This document shows positions 27,248 to 36,183 of a stretch of 52,262 nt of DNA, piece after piece. The stretch is from an uncultured Alphaproteobacteria bacterium (GTDB taxonomy: Bacteria; Pseudomonadota; Alphaproteobacteria; HIMB59; GCA-002718135): positions 1 through 52,262 of the forward strand of contig CACNCX010000002.1 of assembly GCA_902619045.1 (NCBI GenBank), in the 5' to 3' direction. The notes beneath the pieces were generated by a model. It was not told the DNA's origin and searched no databases. It worked only from the letters and a program-made list of their open reading frames with translations. The stretch's first letter is position 1. Each line of letters starts with the position of its first letter. Both the position numbers and the translations under genes were made by a program.

Positions 27248-28015
27248 ATGTTTCTAAAAAAATTCGAAGTAAAAGATAAGACTGCACTTGTTACAGGTGC
27301 AGGAAAAGGGATTGGTAAAGCATCTGCAATCGCACTGGCAGAAGCTGGAGCAAATTTAATAATTATAAGTAGAACAGAAAAAGATCTTATAGCTGTTAAA
27401 AACCAAATTAAAAAAATTAAAAGAAAATGCAACTACTTTGTTTGTGATGTAACAAATTTAAAAGAAATAAAAAAAATATTTTCTAAAATTCCAAAATTAG
27501 ACATATTAGTAAATAACGCTGGAACAAATAGGCCAGAATATTTTACTAAAATTAAAAGAAAAGATATGAGTGAAGTGGTTGATCTTAATATTAAAGCATC
27601 ATTTGATATTGCTCAATTAGCAACAAAAATTATGCTAAAATCAACAAATAGAAAAAAAAGTGGTGGATCAATTATAAATATTTCATCTCAGTTAGGTAAA
27701 GTTGGAGCTCCTCTTAGAAGTGTTTACAATATGACCAAGTTTGGCGTTGAAGGTCTAACTAAAGGAATGGCTATCGATTTAGCAAAACACAACATTAGAG
27801 TTAATTCAGTTTGCCCTACATTTGTTGAAACTCCTATGGTTAAAAAATTTTTCAAAGATAAAAATTTTAAAAAATCTGTTATTGAAAATATACCTTTAGG
27901 AAAAGTAGCAACAGAAAGTGATATTGCTAGTGCAGTAGTGTATCTTGCTTCTGATGCTGCATCGATGATAACTGGCTCTTCATTAGTAATTGATGGAGGA
28001 TGGACTGCTAAATAA
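27248..28015 (+). CDS. short-chain dehydrogenase/reductase (SDR) family oxidoreductase
   Basis: TGAGKGIGKA cofactor motif, NNAG, catalytic S...YNMTKFG (YxxxK), and PG-like motif CPTFVETP. Confidence 0.9.
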   Translation: MFLKKFEVKDKTALVTGAGKGIGKASAIALAEAGANLIIISRTEKDLIAVKNQIKKIKRKCNYFVCDVTNLKEIKKIFSKIPKLDILVNNAGTNRPEYFTKIKRKDMSEVVDLNIKASFDIAQLATKIMLKSTNRKKSGGSIINISSQLGKVGAPLRSVYNMTKFGVEGLTKGMAIDLAKHNIRVNSVCPTFVETPMVKKFFKDKNFKKSVIENIPLGKVATESDIASAVVYLASDAASMITGSSLVIDGGWTAK

Positions 28016-29088
28016 TGATTTCTAGAGAATTAAAAAATTTTTTTGCCAACTATCAGATTGCAACTCAAACATTTAACAAAAAGACAATTGAAAAATCATT
28101 AAGCAATTATTTTACAAAAGAATCTTTATTTAATTTTTGCCATCCTTTTGGAACTTTTAAAGGTTTAAATAATTTTCTTTCTAAATGTATTTTGCCATTA
28201 TTGGATAGTATCCCTGATCTAGAAAGAAGAGATATGATTATTATGGCGGGAAAAACCCCTGAAGGGCAAAAATGGATAGGTACAATGGGAAATTATATGG
28301 GAACTTTTATAAAACCATACTTAGATATTCCACCAACAGGAAATTTAATTCATATGCGCTATCATGAGTTTTTTAAAATAGAGGAAAATAAAATTACTGA
28401 AGTACAATCTATTTGGGACTTACCTGAAATTATGATGCAAGCAAATGCATGGCCAATGTCTCCTCAACTTGGTGCATTTCTTTGTACCCCAGCTCCTATG
28501 ACTGGAGATGGCTTGTCAATAAATGGAGAAAAGAAAGAAAATTTTGATCATGTTATAGATATGTTAAATGATTTATCCTTACATCCTAAAAATCCTGATC
28601 CAAAAATTATGAATCTAGAAAAATATTGGCACCCAAATCTTAATTGGTACGGACCAGCCGGAATTGGTACAGGTAGAGGTATAGCAGGTTTCAGACATTG
28701 GCATCAAATCCCATTTTTAAGAGCAATGCCAGATAGAAAAGGTGGTTCATCAAATGAAAAATTAGCCACCGATGGCATGGAAGATTTGCAAACACACTGG
28801 ATACATGAAGGAAATTATGTGTGTGAAACAGGTTGGCCTAATATGAGATTAACAATAACCAATGATGGCTGGATGGGTATTGCTCCATCAAATCAAGCAC
28901 TAGAAATGAGAAGTCTAGATTTCTGGAGGCTAGAAAATGGTTTGATTAGAGAAAATTGGGTCTTAATTGATTTACTTGATATTTATAGACAAATTGGAAT
29001 CAATATATTTGACAGAATTAAAGAGTTTAATAAAGCTCGTCAAACAGGACATATCAATTTATCTGATGGATTAGATGTTTTAAAGTAG
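28015..29088 (+). CDS. tandem NTF2-like (SnoaL/ester-cyclase-like) protein, paralogue 2
   Basis: 357 aa sharing one nucleotide with the SDR gene. The blocks KYWHPNLNWYGPAGIGTGRG and LIRENWVLIDLLDIYRQIGINIF are shared with ORF 17736..18833. Confidence 0.6.
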   Translation: MISRELKNFFANYQIATQTFNKKTIEKSLSNYFTKESLFNFCHPFGTFKGLNNFLSKCILPLLDSIPDLERRDMIIMAGKTPEGQKWIGTMGNYMGTFIKPYLDIPPTGNLIHMRYHEFFKIEENKITEVQSIWDLPEIMMQANAWPMSPQLGAFLCTPAPMTGDGLSINGEKKENFDHVIDMLNDLSLHPKNPDPKIMNLEKYWHPNLNWYGPAGIGTGRGIAGFRHWHQIPFLRAMPDRKGGSSNEKLATDGMEDLQTHWIHEGNYVCETGWPNMRLTITNDGWMGIAPSNQALEMRSLDFWRLENGLIRENWVLIDLLDIYRQIGINIFDRIKEFNKARQTGHINLSDGLDVLK

Positions 29089-29946
29089 CTAATTTTCCTT
29101 ATTAATAAAATAAGTTGCTACGATTACAATTATACCACCAATAAAAGTAATTAAAGTTGGTATTTCATAAAAAATTATAAACGTTAACAACACACCAAAT
29201 ACAGGAAATAGAGCATAAAATGGAAATACTCTATTTACAGGATACATCCTATATAAATAGAACATCGACATGTGTGCAGCAATTGAAACAAAGATACCTG
29301 AATGAAATATTAATAACCATGACTGAAAACTAATAGTTTTTATTTCGTTTATTGTTTGTCCTTCAAATATTGATGATGAAATAATTAATAACATAAATCC
29401 TACTAATCCCATTACTGCATTTGTGAGAGTGACCTCTAAATCTTTAAGGTATCTGGAAAATACCTGTGCACTAGCATAAAAGAATGCCATTAACGTTATT
29501 AAGATTAATGCAAAAATTTCATTTCTTATTAAAGGATCAAAGCCTAACAAAATAATTCCAAAAAAAGAAATAAATATAAGCACCCATTTTTTAATACTTA
29601 CTTTCTCTTTTAAAAAAAATGAGCTTAATAATATTGCAAATGGTACAGCCAATTGAGAACCAATAATTATCGGAGAAACTATGTTTGCTTCATTTAAAGA
29701 CAATGTCATAAAAACATTTGCTAAAAAACCCATAGAAATTGAAAAAAAGAGAAGTGGTAACCAGTATTTTTTTTCAGGAATTCTAAATCTCCAAAAAGGC
29801 AAAAGGCATATGAAAACTACTAACATTCTTAAACTTCCCATTAATAATGGGGGTACATTTTCATTAAAAATAACTTTCTGAACAGGGTAGGCACTTCCAA
29901 ATAAAAAAGTGATTATTAAAATTAAAAAATAATGTCTTAAAAGCAT
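29089..29946 (-). CDS. DMT-superfamily (EamA-like) transporter
   Basis: 285 aa with about 10 hydrophobic segments in a two-EamA-repeat architecture. Confidence 0.78.
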   Translation of the reverse strand: MLLRHYFLILIITFLFGSAYPVQKVIFNENVPPLLMGSLRMLVVFICLLPFWRFRIPEKKYWLPLLFFSISMGFLANVFMTLSLNEANIVSPIIIGSQLAVPFAILLSSFFLKEKVSIKKWVLIFISFFGIILLGFDPLIRNEIFALILITLMAFFYASAQVFSRYLKDLEVTLTNAVMGLVGFMLLIISSSIFEGQTINEIKTISFQSWLLIFHSGIFVSIAAHMSMFYLYRMYPVNRVFPFYALFPVFGVLLTFIIFYEIPTLITFIGGIIVIVATYFINKEN

Positions 29947-29969
29947 TCGAGCTAAAATTTATTTACTGG

Positions 29970-30869
29970 TTAGTTATTTGCAGCAACTACAGCTGCCATA
30001 ATTGATGCAAGTTTAGAATTTTTACTATCTGCTCGACTAGGAACCACAACTGGTACTTTACCACCAATTACTATTCCTGCTGCACAAGCATTCATAAAAT
30101 AAACCATTATTTTGGATAAAGAATTTCCAGTTTCTAAGTTAGGAACTAATAATACATCAGTATTACCAGCAACATCGTTCTTAATCCCTTTTATTTTAGC
30201 TGCTTCCTCAGAAACAGCATTATCAAAAGCAAGCGGCCCATGAACAAAAGCATTAATTTTTTCTTCTAACGCAAGTTCCATAACTTTTTTGGCATCAACT
30301 GAACTTGGCATACTATCAATTGGATCTTCTGTACCTGATAAAATTGCAACTTTTGGTTTGTTAATGTTTAATTTATTACAAAACTGCACAGCATTTTTAA
30401 GAATTTGTAATTTTATATCAACTCTTGGTAAAACATTTAAGGCGCCATCAGTGATAAAAAGAGGTTTTTTAAGCTGCGGTGTAGTCATATGCCAAATATG
30501 ACTTAATCTTCTGCCATCAAGTAAATTAAATTCTTTTTTTAAATAAGAGCGCATTAAAATATCAGTATGGAGGTTCCCTTTAATTATGATTTTACTTTTA
30601 TTTTCATTAGACATCTGACAAGCAATTGAAGCACTATCCTCTTCATCTTTAGCCTCTACAATATTAAAATTAGAAATATCAAAACTTAAATTTTTCGCTG
30701 TTTCAGCAATTGAACTTCTATTTCCAATTAAAGTTGGATCGATGAGTTTCATATTCTTACCTTCAATCACAGCTGATAATATGCTTTCTTGATTGGGGCA
30801 CACAACAGCTGCAGGTATGTTAGGAGTTTCTAAAGCTTTACTTTTAAGATCTTCTGGTAATGTGCTCAT
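29970..30869 (-). CDS. pta: phosphate acetyltransferase (short PTA_PTB type)
   Basis: 299 aa with a PTA_PTB-like C-terminal core (GAL.V.P, VPNLETGNSLSK, VVVPSRADS). It is divergent from tpa-ald and in the same window as xsc, the classical Xsc partner arrangement. Confidence 0.78.
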   Translation of the reverse strand: MSTLPEDLKSKALETPNIPAAVVCPNQESILSAVIEGKNMKLIDPTLIGNRSSIAETAKNLSFDISNFNIVEAKDEEDSASIACQMSNENKSKIIIKGNLHTDILMRSYLKKEFNLLDGRRLSHIWHMTTPQLKKPLFITDGALNVLPRVDIKLQILKNAVQFCNKLNINKPKVAILSGTEDPIDSMPSSVDAKKVMELALEEKINAFVHGPLAFDNAVSEEAAKIKGIKNDVAGNTDVLLVPNLETGNSLSKIMVYFMNACAAGIVIGGKVPVVVPSRADSKNSKLASIMAAVVAANN

Positions 30870-30911
30870 ATTTGTTATTCTCTCTATACCACTGCTACAA
30901 TTTTTCCTATG

Positions 30912-30937
30912 ATATTTCTTTATTGTGTAAGAAATAT
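30912..30937. promoter_or_regulatory. 9-bp inverted repeat in the pta/tpa divergent promoter, candidate operator
   Basis: ATATTTCTT-tattgtgt-AAGAAATAT, overlapping a second small palindrome AAGAA-ata-TTCTT (30929-30941). Confidence 0.4.
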
Positions 30938-30987
30938 TCTTTGATTTATCGATAATTTCATATACTCAATCTCTATTAAGGAAAAAT

Positions 30988-32328
30988 ATGGACTTAGAAA
31001 AAAGAACTGAAATACCTAATTCATTAGAAGAACATTGGATGCCATTTACATCTAATAGAGATTATAAAAATAGTCCAAGATTAATGGTTAAGGCAGAAGG
31101 TGTTTATTACACTGATCATTATGGAAATAAATTAATTGATGCTAGCTCAGGATTATTTTGTAGTCCAGCGGGTCATTCAAGACCAGAAATAAGAGAAGCA
31201 GTATCAAAACAATTGGAGCAATTAGATTATGTTCAACCATTTCAACAAGGTTTTGGCGGTTCATTTGATTTAGCTAGAAAAGTTTCAAAACATACGCCCG
31301 AAGATTTAAATAAAATATTTTTTACTATTTGTGGTTCATCAGCTGTTGAAACAGCAATTAAAACAGCTATAGCATATTTTAAAGCAAAAGGAGAAGGTCA
31401 CAGATCTCACATAGTCGGAAGAGAAAGAGGTTATCATGGAATGAATATTGGAGGAATTTCTGTTGGTGGAATGATTGCTAATAGAAAAACTTTCTCAAAT
31501 ATTCTCATGCCAAATGTACATCATCTAAGACATACTCATTTACCTGAAAATTTATTTGTAAAAGGCGAACCTGAAACAGGTGCTGATCTAGCAGATGATC
31601 TTGAAAGAATTGCTGGTAACATAGGTGCTGAAAATATTGCAGCATGTATTGTTGAGCCAGTAGCAGGATCAACAGGAACTTTAGTTCCGCCAAAAGGATA
31701 TTTAAAAAGACTAAGAGAAATTTGTGACAAACATGGAATTCTTTTAATTTTTGATGAAGTTATTACTGGCTGGGGAAGAATGGGCGCTCCATTTGCAGCT
31801 CAAGCGTTTGATGTATGTCCTGATATTATGACAATGGCTAAAGCAATTACTAATGGTGTTGTACCTTTAGGAGCAGTAGCTTCACGTGATCATATCTATG
31901 ATACTATTGTTGATGCTTCACCTACAGGAGCTATAGAATTTTTTCATGGCTATACTTATTCCGCCATACCTGTTTCAATGGCAGCAGGTTTAGCAATGCA
32001 AGATATAATTGAGAAAGAGGATTTATTTAATAGGGCTAAAGATATGTCTCCATATTTCTTAGATGGTTTATTTTCTTTAAAGGATTTAGATATCATTACA
32101 GATATAAGAGGATATGGAATGATGGGAGGAATTGACATTAAAATGGATGAGCGTTTAGGCAAAGCTGGATATGCTTGTTTTAAAAAATTATTTGAAGCAG
32201 GTTTAAGCTTAAAAGCAACAGGTGATTGCTTAATTGTTGCACCTCCATTTACTTGTGAAAAAAAACATATTGATGAGATAATTGAAAAATTAAGAACAGG
32301 TATCTCAAATTATATGCATGATAGATAA
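30988..32328 (+). CDS. tpa: class-III (omega-amino acid:pyruvate) aminotransferase, probable taurine--pyruvate aminotransferase
   Basis: EEHWMPFTSNRDYK...GLFCSPAGHSRPEI...GRERGYHGMNIGGISVGG...FDEVITGWGRMG...MAKAITNG (PLP lysine context). It shares one nucleotide with ald and is divergent from pta. Confidence 0.72.
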   Translation: MDLEKRTEIPNSLEEHWMPFTSNRDYKNSPRLMVKAEGVYYTDHYGNKLIDASSGLFCSPAGHSRPEIREAVSKQLEQLDYVQPFQQGFGGSFDLARKVSKHTPEDLNKIFFTICGSSAVETAIKTAIAYFKAKGEGHRSHIVGRERGYHGMNIGGISVGGMIANRKTFSNILMPNVHHLRHTHLPENLFVKGEPETGADLADDLERIAGNIGAENIAACIVEPVAGSTGTLVPPKGYLKRLREICDKHGILLIFDEVITGWGRMGAPFAAQAFDVCPDIMTMAKAITNGVVPLGAVASRDHIYDTIVDASPTGAIEFFHGYTYSAIPVSMAAGLAMQDIIEKEDLFNRAKDMSPYFLDGLFSLKDLDIITDIRGYGMMGGIDIKMDERLGKAGYACFKKLFEAGLSLKATGDCLIVAPPFTCEKKHIDEIIEKLRTGISNYMHDR

Positions 32329-33443
32329 TGAAAATAGGTGTTCCATCCGAGATTAAGGCTCAAGAGTCTAGAGTTGGGCTTACTCCACAAAGTGTTAAAG
32401 AATTAGTAAAGGATAAGCATACTATTCTAATACAAAAAGATGCCGGTGCTGGTGCTGGATTTTCAAATAGTGATTATGAATTGTCAGGTGCAAAAATTGT
32501 AAATTCAGCTGAAGATATTTTTAATGACTCTGAAATGATTGTAAAAGTAAAAGAACCTCTAATGAATGAAGTAGCAATGATAAAAGAAAACCAAATTTTA
32601 TTTACTTATTTACATCTTTCAGCTGCTCCAGAATTGACAAAGGGTTTGATTGATTCAAATTCAATTTGTATAGCTTATGAAACGGTAAGTGATCATAATA
32701 ATAAATTACCTCTACTAGCACCAATGAGCGCTGTAGCAGGTAGAATGTCGATACAAGCCGGAGCTTATTCTCTTGAAAAACATAAGGGTGGAAGTGGTTT
32801 ACTTTTAGGTGGTGCGCCTGGAGTTCAACCTGGAAATGTCTTAATTTTAGGCGGAGGTGTTGTAGGAGAAAATGCAGCAATAATTGCCACAGGTATGCAA
32901 GCAAAAGTTTTCATTGTTGATAAATCAGAAAAAAGATTAGAAGAATTACAAGAAAAATTTGGTGATAAAATAGAACCACTTCATAGTGATAAAATAAATC
33001 TAAAAGATTATATTTCTGAATGTGATTTACTAATTGGAGGAGTGCTTGTTCCAGGTTCTAATGCTCCTAAGATTATAACTAAGGACATGATCAAAGAGAT
33101 GAAAAGTGGATCGGTGATTGTTGATGTTGCAATTGATCAAGGTGGTTGTGTTGAAACTAGTAAACCAACAACCCATGCAAACCCTACGTATGTTGTAGAT
33201 GATGTTGTTCATTATTGTGTTGCAAATATGCCAGGGGGAGTTCCTAGAACCTCTACACTTGCTTTAAATGCAGTTACTTTACCATTTATTCAAAACTTAG
33301 CTTCTAACGGTTTTAATGATGCTTTAAAAAATGATAAAAATTTTATGAATGGTTTAAATATTTTTAAAGGTGCCGTTACATATAAAGCTATTGCTGATGA
33401 TTTAAATTATGATTATGCTAATCCAGAAACTTTAGTTCACTAG
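32328..33443 (+). CDS. ald: alanine dehydrogenase
   Basis: MKIGVPSEIKAQESRVGLTP start, NAD motif ILGGGVVGENAA, and VDVAIDQGGC, canonical for Ald. Confidence 0.94.
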   Translation: MKIGVPSEIKAQESRVGLTPQSVKELVKDKHTILIQKDAGAGAGFSNSDYELSGAKIVNSAEDIFNDSEMIVKVKEPLMNEVAMIKENQILFTYLHLSAAPELTKGLIDSNSICIAYETVSDHNNKLPLLAPMSAVAGRMSIQAGAYSLEKHKGGSGLLLGGAPGVQPGNVLILGGGVVGENAAIIATGMQAKVFIVDKSEKRLEELQEKFGDKIEPLHSDKINLKDYISECDLLIGGVLVPGSNAPKIITKDMIKEMKSGSVIVDVAIDQGGCVETSKPTTHANPTYVVDDVVHYCVANMPGGVPRTSTLALNAVTLPFIQNLASNGFNDALKNDKNFMNGLNIFKGAVTYKAIADDLNYDYANPETLVH

Positions 33444-34489
33444 AAATTATTAGAAGCTTCCACCATTATTTTTAATTTTATTTTTGCTAAATCTTTAGGT
33501 AAGTGACCAAGACCGCAATCAGGAGCAACAATTAATTGTTCCTTATCAATAAATTTCAATGCTTCATTTATTCTTGAAACAATTTCTTCTTTAGTCTCTA
33601 TCTGAGAGCTTGCAATTTTTATCAAACCAAAGATAACTTTCGTTTGATTAAAATCTTTTAAAAAATTTAAATCATTATATCGATGAGCATCTTCTATAGA
33701 AACTGTATCTATAATTGATTCATCTAAAGCTTTACTAATTTTACTGTAAGAATCTAAAGGCGCTTTTGGATAATCTACTGCATCTAATTTATCAGGATAG
33801 CCGCAACAAATATGAGTAATTTTTTCAATACTTTGATTATTTATATCCTTAAAACATCTCTCTAAATTTTTAATTCCAAAATTAAGAGCATTTTCTGGTT
33901 TTCTCGCAAACAAAGGTTCATCGACTTGAATATATTTACAACCTGCATCAACTAATCTTTTAATCTCTACATTAATAGCATCAGCTAAATCTTCACCCAT
34001 ATGCTCATCTGAATCATAAAATGTATTTGCTATAGTATCTGTTATAGTCATTGGTCCTGGAATAGTAATTTTCAAATCCTTATTGGTTAAACTCTGATTT
34101 TTTTTCCACTCTTCAACTAAAAAAGATTCTTTTGCTTTAACTTTTGAAGTTATTGTTGGTAACCAGCATTTATAATTCCCTGTCCTAGCAACTTTTTCTG
34201 TGAGATTTGTAAAATCAATTCCTTCTAAATATCTACAATGATAGTGAATATAATTTTCTCTTCTAACTTCACCATCGGTGAGGATATCAATACCACATTC
34301 CTCCTGATCTCTGATTATTTCTTTTGTAGCTTTATTAAATAACTCTTCAACATTATTGCCCATCTTTTTTATTTCATCTTCATAAAATTTAGTTGGATAT
34401 TCAGTATCTGTACCACCAGAAGCATTAAACCAATCAGTTATTTTTAAATAACTTGGCTTTGGGTAGGCACCTATAACAGTTGTAAACAT
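33440..34489 (-). CDS. cobalamin-independent methionine-synthase-like (MetE C-terminal domain/COG0620) protein
   Basis: 349 aa with N-terminal TTVIGAYPKPSYL and putative Zn ligands HICCGYP and APDCGLG (MetE-like PDCGL). It lies 7 nt downstream of the sulfatase gene on the same strand. Confidence 0.75.
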   Translation of the reverse strand: MFTTVIGAYPKPSYLKITDWFNASGGTDTEYPTKFYEDEIKKMGNNVEELFNKATKEIIRDQEECGIDILTDGEVRRENYIHYHCRYLEGIDFTNLTEKVARTGNYKCWLPTITSKVKAKESFLVEEWKKNQSLTNKDLKITIPGPMTITDTIANTFYDSDEHMGEDLADAINVEIKRLVDAGCKYIQVDEPLFARKPENALNFGIKNLERCFKDINNQSIEKITHICCGYPDKLDAVDYPKAPLDSYSKISKALDESIIDTVSIEDAHRYNDLNFLKDFNQTKVIFGLIKIASSQIETKEEIVSRINEALKFIDKEQLIVAPDCGLGHLPKDLAKIKLKIMVEASNNF

Positions 34490-34496
34490 AAGTTAA

Positions 34497-36032
34497 TTAT
34501 CCCATTTTTCTGCTAGCTGGTCCAGATTTTGTTTTAACTCCTGAGCTAGAAAGTTTTGTATTGGATAACTGTCTTTCCTGATGAATCATTCGATGGCTTA
34601 ATAGTTTTGATACCAAATCATTTTTAATGTCTTGAAATTCTTTTACTCTAGATAAATCATTAATTTCATTAGGATCATTTTCTAAATCAAACAATAAACA
34701 TGGCAATGAAGGGAAATGAACATATTTCCATTTATTATTTCTAATAACTGATAGATTGCATTGCTCAGGTGCTAATTTTTTATCATTAACAAATGAAGTA
34801 CTTTCTCTAAAATCATAATCAAAAACAACAAAATCTTTATTAGGTGATTTTTCATATTGATCATTAATATTATGCATTAGTGATTGACCATTCCAATCAA
34901 TTGGAATCTCACCACCTAGCCATTCTAAAATTGTAGGAGCAACATCTACGGATTCAGTTAAGTGGTTAATTTCCTTCGCACTGTTTTGGGGTACATAAAT
35001 AAATAATGGAATTCTATAAGAGGAGTCCCACCAGCCTAATTTTCCCCATAAATTATTTTCATTTAACATCTCTCCATGATCACTAGTAAATATTATCATT
35101 GTATTCTCTTCTTGCCCTGATTCTTTCAAAGCATTCAAAATTTTACCAATATTAAAATCAACTTCTGCACACATAGCAAAATAGACACTCATAATATTTT
35201 TGATGTCTTGATCTTTTAAAAGATCATAATTAATTTCAGAGAAATTTTCTTTTAATAAAAATTTTTTACATAATTCTTTAAGTAAAGGATGTTTTTTTGA
35301 TAATTCTTTCAGTGAAATATCATTTTTAGATAAATTAATATTATCTGGATTAAATTTACTAAACCATGGATCAGCAACATGAAAGGGTGGGTGTGGTTTT
35401 AAAAAAGATACATGCATAAAAAATGGGTCTTTGATTTTTTTTAAATCATTGACAACTTTGTCTGCTAAAAAAGCGGTATCTGAAAATTCAGTTGGAATAT
35501 AATATGGTTCATAAATATATGCTTGATCATCTTTAGGTTTTCTTCCTTTGTATAAATCTTCTGCTTTATTAATTTCAAAACCATTTTGATTAAGATGGTT
35601 AGCCCAAGGTTCTGGTTTTCCTCCTGGTAAAACACAACCATCTTCAAATCCTTCCATTGGCGATTCATAGGTAAAGTTTTTTTTATCTTTTGGTTCTAAG
35701 TATCTTGGATCCCAAGATGTATCAGTGTATCCATAAAGACTTGGATTATAATTTAGTTTGCGAACTTCTTTAGCAATATTTGTAAATCTTTTATCAAGAG
35801 GCGCACCATTATAAACTGAACGATGTATAAATGGATATAATCCTGTAAGCATTGTAGTTCTAGATGGTCCGCAAGGGACAATCCCTGCGAAATGTGATTT
35901 AAAAACAACACTTTGTTTTGCAAGCTTGTCTAAGTTTGGAGTAAGCGCATATGGATGATTTAGGAAACTAAAGCAGTCAAAACGCCATTGGTCAGCACAG
36001 ATAAATAGCACAGATTTTTTGGATTTTTTCAT
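34497..36032 (-). CDS. Cys-type sulfatase (formylglycine-dependent), apparently cytoplasmic
   Basis: 511 aa with N-terminal VLFICADQWRFD, sulfatase signature PCGPSRTTMLTGLYP (CxPxR), and later IFTSDHGEML. There is no signal peptide or lipobox at the N-terminus (MKKSKKSVLF). Confidence 0.85.
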   Translation of the reverse strand: MKKSKKSVLFICADQWRFDCFSFLNHPYALTPNLDKLAKQSVVFKSHFAGIVPCGPSRTTMLTGLYPFIHRSVYNGAPLDKRFTNIAKEVRKLNYNPSLYGYTDTSWDPRYLEPKDKKNFTYESPMEGFEDGCVLPGGKPEPWANHLNQNGFEINKAEDLYKGRKPKDDQAYIYEPYYIPTEFSDTAFLADKVVNDLKKIKDPFFMHVSFLKPHPPFHVADPWFSKFNPDNINLSKNDISLKELSKKHPLLKELCKKFLLKENFSEINYDLLKDQDIKNIMSVYFAMCAEVDFNIGKILNALKESGQEENTMIIFTSDHGEMLNENNLWGKLGWWDSSYRIPLFIYVPQNSAKEINHLTESVDVAPTILEWLGGEIPIDWNGQSLMHNINDQYEKSPNKDFVVFDYDFRESTSFVNDKKLAPEQCNLSVIRNNKWKYVHFPSLPCLLFDLENDPNEINDLSRVKEFQDIKNDLVSKLLSHRMIHQERQLSNTKLSSSGVKTKSGPASRKMG

Positions 36033-36183
36033 ATTTACGTATGATTATTAAAGTAATTAATTAGCAAGAAATACACAATTTTTTACAAAAAACTGTAATA
36101 AAAGTGTCAAATTTTTTTGATAAAAAATCAAAATTGTTTACAAACTAAATCATACGATAAATTTATCTTATAGGAGAAAATAT

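Noticed and set aside
36038-36156. 9-bp inverted repeat CGTATGATT / AATCATACG separated by ~100 nt, and TTTTGAT-aaaaa-ATCAAAA (36115-36133), in the sulfatase/SBP divergent promoter.
   Set aside because: My rough estimate for a 9-bp distant repeat in a 150-nt AT-rich spacer is about 0.1-0.2 expected by chance. The second repeat is low-complexity A/T. It might be an operator, but the evidence is insufficient without conservation data.
36033-36183. SAM or other riboswitch upstream of the MetE-like genes and the sulfatase operon.
   Set aside because: The MetE-like genes have only 7-nt upstream spacers. The 151-nt sulfatase leader region is almost pure A/T with no GC-supported helices or recognisable riboswitch core.
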